Shown here: positions 1-5,452 of the stretch, piece after piece | Layout of the letters: each line of letters begins with the position of its first letter | Numbering within the stretch: position 1 is the first letter of the stretch | IMG/VR virus record: IMGVR_UViG_3300045988_099112 | Location: 1 to 12,650 of that record | From: a virus | Length of the DNA: 12,650 bases | Reading direction: 5' to 3' (one strand) | Translations under genes and position numbers: made by a program | The notes under the pieces: generated by a model | Databases searched by the model: none | Told to the model about the DNA's origin: nothing | What the model saw: the letters and a program-made list of their open reading frames with translations, nothing else

Positions 1-290
1 GGGATTATGATATTAAAAATCAACAAAGATTTCCCACATAACACTGTTATGTTGTAACAGTTTGCACAAATTATCTTTTGTCAATATGAAATTGTAACAA
101 ATTTATCATCATGTCTTTGTTCATATTGCACAAAACAGTTGAATGCACAACTAGAACAATTCAAACGATAACGACTCTATTTAGAAGTTGTCTGACATTA
201 TGTTAAAATAGATCAATTTCTGCGAGCACCACCATAAATTAGTTAAAATAATCACTTGACAAATTGAAATTAGTTGTTCTAGAAATATGT
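1..290. repeat. Left inverted terminal repeat (ITR) of a linear, protein-primed genome
   Basis: Bases 1-290 match the reverse complement of 12361-12650. A hand, ungapped alignment gives 17 substitutions (positions 54, 72-76, 114, 124, 135, 145, 175-177, 196, 198, 264, 284). The first 53 nt are identical, and similarity stops abruptly after 290. No ORF is present. The terminus starts GGG. Confidence 0.92.
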
Positions 291-330
291 ATGATATATT
301 TTTGTATATAATATTTATGCACAGTGTCAA

Positions 331-359
331 TGGTAAAAAACGGCTAAATATGCTATACT
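331..359 (+). promoter_or_regulatory. Candidate early promoter for the terminal protein / polymerase operon
   Basis: Extended -10 TGcTATACT at 351-359. The -35 is weak (TGGTAA, 331-336, 17-nt spacer). It lies about 23 nt upstream of the ATG at 382, with a strong SD in between. The -10 resembles those of the two internal promoters (TGcTATAAT, TGgTATAAT). Confidence 0.4.
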
Positions 360-381
360 AGATAGGAAAGGAAGTGTTTAT

Positions 382-939
382 ATGAACCCATTTTTGACAC
401 CGGAATATATACGGAACAATATGACGGAGAAAGAAGCAAGAAAAACATATAGCCGTTTACGAAAAAATGTGCAAAAGCGACTTAAAAGATTAGGCGAAAC
501 CGAATTTAAAAAAACGCCTGTCTATCAACAGAATAGAAAAGGTTTTCCGCGCTTGAAAGATATAGCACAGCGTGACTTGCCATACTACTTGACACAAGTA
601 TCTGATTTTTACTTTTCTAAAAGCGCAACACTGCGCTATCAGAAAAAACAGAAGCGCGAAAATTTAAGATCGTTTAAAGCAAAGGGGTTTAATATCAAAG
701 AAAGTGACTATTGGGATTTTATTGCTTTTTTAGATGAATGGCATGAAAACAATTTGGAAAGATTATATGGTTCAGAACGCGTATTCGAATTATTTGAGAA
801 TATGAAAGAAAAAAATATAGGCGCTGACGATATAACTAGAAATTTTGAAAAATGGCTAGAAAAGTCTAATGATTTAGAAGATATTGAGACGGTAAGCGGA
901 GCGGGAGCGGAATATTATCGGGAGAAGCTAGGCATATGA
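382..939 (+). CDS. Putative terminal protein (replication primer), 185 aa
   Basis: SD GAAAGGAAGTG lies 5 nt before the ATG. The stop overlaps the polymerase start (ATGA at 936-939), implying translational coupling. The N-terminal half is very basic (RKTYSRLRKNVQKRLKRL) and the C-terminus is acidic. The gene sits immediately upstream of a protein-primed PolB, as in phi29 (gene 3 then gene 2). From memory of phi29 TP there is local resemblance (basic N-terminus; SATLRYQKK versus ...NMRYQFEK...). The family has no diagnostic motif, so the function is inferred. Confidence 0.55.
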   Translation: MNPFLTPEYIRNNMTEKEARKTYSRLRKNVQKRLKRLGETEFKKTPVYQQNRKGFPRLKDIAQRDLPYYLTQVSDFYFSKSATLRYQKKQKRENLRSFKAKGFNIKESDYWDFIAFLDEWHENNLERLYGSERVFELFENMKEKNIGADDITRNFEKWLEKSNDLEDIETVSGAGAEYYREKLGI

Positions 940-3041
940 TACACGTTAAAAATGAGACGATTTACGAATATGAAAAAGACGATATAACGCCTATTTATTA
1001 TTATGTCCGCGATTGTGATATAATTAAACGTCCGCGCGGTAATCAGCGAACTAAAAACAGCCACTTTTATTATAAGGATATAGTAGCTACGTTTGATATC
1101 GAGACAAGTCGCTTTACCGAAAAGAACGCTCCACGCGCAGATCTGATAGATCAATCTTTTTGTTATATATGGCAGATGTCGTTTAATAATGAATATGTGA
1201 TAGTAGGCAGAACGCTAAATAGCGCATTAGATTTTTTTACTCAAATTGACAAAAATTTAATGCGTGACGAACGCCTTGTTTGTTATGTCCATAACTTAAG
1301 TTACGAGTTCCAGTTTTTAAGCGGCATAGCCCGTTTTAAAACTGAGGACGTTTTTTGCATTAAAAAACGCAAGATATTAAAAGCCCTATTATGGGATACG
1401 TTTGAATTTAGATGTAGTTATCTACACGCTAATATGGGGCTAGCTCTATATACAGAAAAAATGCAAGTTGAACATGCTAAATTAGACGGTGTGCAATTTG
1501 ATTATAGTAAGTTACGTTACCCTTGGACACTATTAACAGATTACGAGATACTATATAGTGTGTATGATGTTATGGGTTTAGTTGAGTGTATCAAAAAAGA
1601 AATGGAAATGGACGGTGATACACTATATACTATTCCCTTAACGTCAACCGGTTATGTAAGACGTGACGCTAAAGAATCGTTAAAAAAGCTAGGAAAAAAC
1701 TATCTTAAGAATATGGAGATAGACTATCATATCTATGAGTTACTGAAAGAAGCATTTCGAGGTGGCGACACTCACGCTAACAGATATTTTAGTGGGAAAA
1801 TAATTGAAAACGTGCATAGTGCAGACAGGTCTAGCAGTTACCCAGATGTGTTAATTAACGGTCAGTTTCCAATGTCTCAATTTGCACCGCTAGAAAATCC
1901 AAATACCGAAAAAGTAATTAAATACCTCACACAATACAAGCGTGCGCTCTTAATGCGTGTACGCTTTAAAAACGTGTGTCTACGGCGCATAGACCACGGC
2001 TGTCCATATCTAACTAAAGACAAATCCAGACACATTAAAAATGCCACTTTTGATAATGGCAGAATCCTTGAATGTGAAGAAATGGAAACTACTCTCACCG
2101 ACATTGATTTTAAAATCGTGCTCAAAGAATATGATATAGAGTGTATGGAATTTAGTGAGGTATACCATGCTAGATACGGAAACTTACCGGAAGAACTAAA
2201 AGACGTAGTACGCACATACTACGTCAGAAAAACAGAATTAAAGGACATAGACGGGAAAGAAGTTTTTTACACTAAAGAGAAAAACAAGCTAAATGCGTGC
2301 TACGGCATGATGGCACAGGACGTTGTGAAGATTGCTATACTATTTAGTGACGAGTACGAAAAGCTATACGCCGAGGACGAAACGGACGATAAAGAAGCTA
2401 ACTTTGAAAAAAACAATAGCAAACGCTTTTTAAGCTACGCATGGGGCGCATGGTGTACCGCATTAGCACGCCACGCTCTACACGCCGCCATTTGGATAGT
2501 AGAGGATACACCAGACGCATACTTTTTGTATTGCGACACTGATAGCGTTAAATATATTGGCGATGTAGACCTCACTCCCTTTAATAGAAAGGCATTGTCA
2601 GATAGTAAAAAGAATAAAGCATTTGCAACAGACAAACATGGCGTCACTCATTACATGGGTGTTTACGAACAAGAACAGGATATGCTCCGTTTTAAAACGT
2701 TAGGCGCTAAAAAATACGCGTATGATGCAGTTAATAAAAAAGGCGAAAAAGAATTGCACTTGACACTTGCCGGAGTATCTAAAAAAGACGGCGCTACATA
2801 TTTAGCCGAGCATGGCGGTTTGGAATCCTTTTGTGACGGCTTTACTTTTCCGGAAAACGGTGGCGGCGGCAATGAAGCTGTCTATAACGATAGGACTAAT
2901 ACTACTATTAACATAGACGGCCACACATTGGCTGTTAGTCGAAATGTGTGTATTAAAGAATCTACTTATACACTAGGCTTGACACCGGAATACTCGGAGC
3001 TGTTAGATGGTTACAAAGAATACAACGTTTTACCGTTCTAA
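936..3041 (+). CDS. Protein-primed family-B DNA polymerase (phi29 gp2-like), 701 aa
   Basis: Exo I is FDIETS (D54/E56, nt 1095-1103). Exo II is HNLSYEFQF (nt about 1290-1316). Exo III is YSVYD. The pre-motif A region AFRGGDTHAN parallels phi29 YAYRGGFTWLN. Motif A is DRSSSYP (compare DVNSLYP) and motif B is KEKNKLNACYGMM (Kx3NSxYG type). Motif C is YCDTDS (nt 2529-2546). The KxY motif is LGAKKYAY, followed by LTLAGVSKK (compare phi29 VKCAGMTDK). Confidence 0.95.
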   Translation: MIHVKNETIYEYEKDDITPIYYYVRDCDIIKRPRGNQRTKNSHFYYKDIVATFDIETSRFTEKNAPRADLIDQSFCYIWQMSFNNEYVIVGRTLNSALDFFTQIDKNLMRDERLVCYVHNLSYEFQFLSGIARFKTEDVFCIKKRKILKALLWDTFEFRCSYLHANMGLALYTEKMQVEHAKLDGVQFDYSKLRYPWTLLTDYEILYSVYDVMGLVECIKKEMEMDGDTLYTIPLTSTGYVRRDAKESLKKLGKNYLKNMEIDYHIYELLKEAFRGGDTHANRYFSGKIIENVHSADRSSSYPDVLINGQFPMSQFAPLENPNTEKVIKYLTQYKRALLMRVRFKNVCLRRIDHGCPYLTKDKSRHIKNATFDNGRILECEEMETTLTDIDFKIVLKEYDIECMEFSEVYHARYGNLPEELKDVVRTYYVRKTELKDIDGKEVFYTKEKNKLNACYGMMAQDVVKIAILFSDEYEKLYAEDETDDKEANFEKNNSKRFLSYAWGAWCTALARHALHAAIWIVEDTPDAYFLYCDTDSVKYIGDVDLTPFNRKALSDSKKNKAFATDKHGVTHYMGVYEQEQDMLRFKTLGAKKYAYDAVNKKGEKELHLTLAGVSKKDGATYLAEHGGLESFCDGFTFPENGGGGNEAVYNDRTNTTINIDGHTLAVSRNVCIKESTYTLGLTPEYSELLDGYKEYNVLPF

Positions 3042-3043
3042 TT

Positions 3044-3089
3044 TTGTGCATTTTTCCGGTATTGCAAAATGAACCCATAGTGCTATAAT
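3044..3089 (+). promoter_or_regulatory. Promoter module copy 1 (drives the 94-aa and 122-aa genes)
   Basis: TTTTGTGCA box (3042-3050), -35 TTGCAA (3062-3067), 16-nt spacer, extended -10 TGcTATAAT (3081-3089). The block 3041-3110 is repeated at 4877-4945, including an identical TATAATAATACTTGTAAG. Confidence 0.75.
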
Positions 3090-3162
3090 AATACTTGTAA
3101 GAAAGAGAGGTAATAAAATGTATATAGCGACCTAGTGGCTTATACGGGAGAAAGGAAACAAT

Positions 3163-3447
3163 ATGGATTTAGAAAAAAAAATCAAAGTAACAGTACCGAT
3201 CTATGAAGTGTTAATCACATCATTAGACAGCACAGGCACGCCGCACAGTGTAGTGCTAGACTGCACTGAAAAGAAAGACAAGCGTTACCTTTTAGCAGAA
3301 GCTAAAAAGAATGCGGCAGAGAGTGAGAAAGTATTGTCTGTCGCAAATATCGGCACAAGAAAAGAAACGTACTTATTGCCGCTTACAACAGTATTAAGCG
3401 CGGAGAGAGTATCAACAGAAAAAAAAGAAAAGGAAAGTGAGGAATAG
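3163..3447 (+). CDS. Hypothetical small acidic-tailed protein, possibly phi29 p6-like dsDNA-binding protein (94 aa)
   Basis: SD GGGAGAAAGGAAA lies before the ATG. The C-terminal tail is EKKEKESEE. The gene precedes the SSB-like gene, as gene 6 precedes gene 5 in phi29. The remembered phi29 p6 C-terminal half (VQVVSVEPNTEVYELPVEKFLEVATVRVEKDEDQEE) resembles KVLSVANIGTRKETYLLPLTTVLSAERVSTEKKEKESEE. The comparison is from memory only. Confidence 0.4.
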   Translation: MDLEKKIKVTVPIYEVLITSLDSTGTPHSVVLDCTEKKDKRYLLAEAKKNAAESEKVLSVANIGTRKETYLLPLTTVLSAERVSTEKKEKESEE

Positions 3448-3449
3448 TC

Positions 3450-3818
3450 ATGAGAAATTACGAATTTTTAAAATCTGGTGAGGTATTAAGTGGGCTTGAC
3501 AAATACCGCTACTCACAGGGCGCGGAGAACATCAAATTAAAAGATGTAGCCGGAGATAAAATTGTAGTGAAAAATTATGCTACAATGTTGCAGAAAAATA
3601 TTGAGGAAGAAAGCGGGGAGGTTACGGATGAAAAGCTGTTACTTGCTATTGAGGATATAAACGGCAAGGTGTATGTTACAAATAGCGCGACTACTCGTGA
3701 AGCTTTCGCAAATATTGTCAAGTTTTTAGAAGATGATGGAGTAACAACCGGTTTTGAAATCAAGGTTGTCACCGGAAAATCGAAGAACGACCGTGAATTT
3801 GTCACGGTCACATTATAA
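3450..3818 (+). CDS. Putative single-stranded DNA-binding protein (phi29 p5-like), 122 aa
   Basis: SD GTGAGGAA is present and the start lies 2 nt after the upstream stop. The size matches phi29 p5 (124 aa). The C-terminus GKVYVTNSATTREAFANIV...FEIKVVTGKSKNDREFVTVTL resembles the remembered phi29 p5 GSLYSAISKTVAEAASDLI...FKVKVVQGTSSKGNVFFSLQLSL. Confidence 0.55.
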   Translation: MRNYEFLKSGEVLSGLDKYRYSQGAENIKLKDVAGDKIVVKNYATMLQKNIEEESGEVTDEKLLLAIEDINGKVYVTNSATTREAFANIVKFLEDDGVTTGFEIKVVTGKSKNDREFVTVTL

Positions 3819-3831
3819 AAAACAGACTTAT

Positions 3832-3857
3832 AAAGCCCGCCTAGAGCGGGCTTTTTT
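3832..3857 (+). terminator. Rho-independent terminator
   Basis: AAAGCCCGC-ctaga-GCGGGCTTTTTT. The core is a 6-bp G:C stem (3835-3840 / 3846-3851) extended by 3 A:U pairs, with a 5-nt loop and a T6 tract. It starts 14 nt after the stop at 3818. Confidence 0.85.
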
Positions 3858-3871
3858 GAAAGGGCGAAAAT

Positions 3872-4876
3872 ATGGAATTATATTTAGAAAACGGTTACTT
3901 GAACATTGACTATGTGCTATCTCTAAATACAACATTTAATCTTATCACAGGCGGGCGCGGTACAGGCAAGACTTTTGGTCTACTCGATACCGCGATTAGA
4001 ACAGGTAAAAAATATATTTATCTGCGCCGTACACAAACAAATATTGATCTGATCGGAACGGAAGAATACTCACCACTTAAGTCAATAGAGCGTGTTCGCG
4101 GCATTGAGACGACAACCAAAAAAATCAATAAATATGTGGCCGCGCATTATTTAGGCGAAAATCCAGAACCTCTAGGCTATTGCATGGCTTTATCAACATT
4201 TGCCAACGTTCGCGGCTTTGACGCAACAGACGTTGACTGGTTGATTTTTGACGAATTTATACCCGAAAAAAATGCGCGAAAAATTAAAGATGAGGGAGAA
4301 GCATTTTTAAACTGTTACGAGACCATTAACCGTAACCGTGAATTAGAGGGCTCCGAACCAGTCAAGGTGTTTTGTTGCGGCAACTCAAATAATATCAGTA
4401 ATCCGGTTTTTATCAGTTTTGGAATGGTCAACATAGCCCGCCGTGCGCAGAAAAGCGGGCGTGAAGTTACAGTGTTAAAAGATCGCGGTATAGCATACAT
4501 TAACTTGTCAGATAGCAAGATTAGTAATCTCAAAAAAGATACCGCTCTATATAGAGCGTCTAAAAACAAAGCATTTAATTACATGTCTCTTGATAATGAT
4601 TTTGGAGATACAACGGACGATATTAAAAGCTATAATCTGCGCGGCTTAAAATGTGTCGCGGCAATAGATGATATATTTGCTATTTACCGTTTAAAAGACG
4701 GACGTTATTATGTATCTGAGCATATAAGCGGCACACCGCAAGTATTTACTACTGCGGAGATCGACTTAAAACGATTAAAATTAAAATACCCGCGTGTAAT
4801 GTCAGATTATGCGCGAAATCTTGTGACATTTGAAAGCGACTTTTGCTTGTCAGTTTTTGCGTCAATTTTAACGTGA
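3872..4876 (+). CDS. DNA packaging (encapsidation) ATPase, phi29 gp16-like, 334 aa
   Basis: Walker A is GGRGTGKTF (nt 3950-3976; compare phi29 GARGIGKSY). It is followed by YIYLRRTQ (compare FIYVRRYK) and Walker B WLIFDEFIPEK (compare IVFDEFIREK). INRNRE and CCGNSNNISNPVF parallel phi29 FRNRE and CLSNAVSVVNPYF. Confidence 0.9.
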   Translation: MELYLENGYLNIDYVLSLNTTFNLITGGRGTGKTFGLLDTAIRTGKKYIYLRRTQTNIDLIGTEEYSPLKSIERVRGIETTTKKINKYVAAHYLGENPEPLGYCMALSTFANVRGFDATDVDWLIFDEFIPEKNARKIKDEGEAFLNCYETINRNRELEGSEPVKVFCCGNSNNISNPVFISFGMVNIARRAQKSGREVTVLKDRGIAYINLSDSKISNLKKDTALYRASKNKAFNYMSLDNDFGDTTDDIKSYNLRGLKCVAAIDDIFAIYRLKDGRYYVSEHISGTPQVFTTAEIDLKRLKLKYPRVMSDYARNLVTFESDFCLSVFASILT

Positions 4877-4880
4877 TTTT

Positions 4881-4923
4881 TTGTGCATTTTGTATATTGT
4901 AAAACAGGCAATTCTGGTATAAT
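4881..4923 (+). promoter_or_regulatory. Promoter module copy 2 (drives the two small terminal genes)
   Basis: TTTTGTGCA box (4879-4887), -35 TTGTAA (4897-4902), 15-nt spacer, extended -10 TGgTATAAT (4915-4923). This is a direct repeat of the 3041-3110 module. Confidence 0.7.
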
Positions 4924-4976
4924 AATACTTGTAAGGAAGATATACAAAAAACAACATGAAAAGGAGAATGAAGAAT

Positions 4977-5171
4977 ATGAGAAAAATAACTAAAAGAATG
5001 GCGCGTGAAATCTATACAAGAGGCTTTTGCTTAACAAAGAAATATGAGTATTACGAAAACATGGAAAATGGCGGTATTTATCGCGTGCCTGTTGAAATGT
5101 TAGGTACGACAGCGTTACTAGATGAAGATATCACGAATTTGTTTGCAGTCATGCAGAACTGTGTGATTTAA
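4977..5171 (+). CDS. Hypothetical protein (64 aa from the ATG at 4977; the ORF is open from 4956)
   Basis: AAGGAG at 4961-4966 lies 10 nt before ATG 4977. The ATGs at 4956 and 4968 lack a usable SD spacing. The N-terminus is basic (MRKITKRMAREIY). No motif was recognised. Confidence 0.55.
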   Translation: MRKITKRMAREIYTRGFCLTKKYEYYENMENGGIYRVPVEMLGTTALLDEDITNLFAVMQNCVI

Positions 5172-5193
5172 TATATTAGAAATGAGGTGAAAA

Positions 5194-5400
5194 ATGTTAG
5201 CAGAACCGTTAGTAGAATTATTAGACGGCGTTGTAACCGCATACGGTCGTGGTGTTGCTATAATATCATACGACAAAAAGGAATTGTACGCCGTAAGAGT
5301 GAAAGATATTATCATTGATAATGAAAGAAATTCGATTGAGTTCCAATCGCAGGAATATATCAATAGCAACGGTGATATTGTAAGAGATAACACTATATGA
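5194..5400 (+). CDS. Hypothetical protein, 68 aa
   Basis: SD GAGGTGA lies 4 nt before the ATG. The ORF ends just before the convergent terminator. No motif was recognised. Confidence 0.55.
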   Translation: MLAEPLVELLDGVVTAYGRGVAIISYDKKELYAVRVKDIIIDNERNSIEFQSQEYINSNGDIVRDNTI

Positions 5401-5412
5401 AAATGGAAAAAG

Positions 5413-5443
5413 TAGAGATCGCACTTTTATAGCGCGATCTCTA
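5413..5443. terminator. Bidirectional rho-independent terminator between the convergent arms
   Basis: Perfect 10-bp stem TAGAGATCGC (5413-5422) / GCGATCTCTA (5434-5443) with an 11-nt loop. It is flanked by a T-rich run on the + strand (TACTTTTATTT) and by an A-rich run upstream (GGAAAAAG), which reads as U-rich on the - strand. It lies between the stops at 5400 (+) and 5453 (-). Confidence 0.8.
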
Positions 5444-5452
5444 TACTTTTAT

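Noticed and set aside
256-285. A perfect TTGACA (256-261) inside the ITR as an inward-facing promoter at both ends
   Set aside because: The best -10 at 17-18 nt is CTAGAA/TAGAAA (left) or CTAGAT/TAGATA (right), which is poor. It is retained only as context for the insulator-hairpin reading of the 12285-12322 palindrome and is not reported as a feature.
3118-3135. A five-codon mini-ORF (MYIAT) with an SD (GAGAGG) in the leader of the 94-aa gene
   Set aside because: It is too short to evaluate, and the corresponding segment of promoter module copy 2 has no equivalent ORF. It may be chance. It would only become interesting if conserved in relatives.
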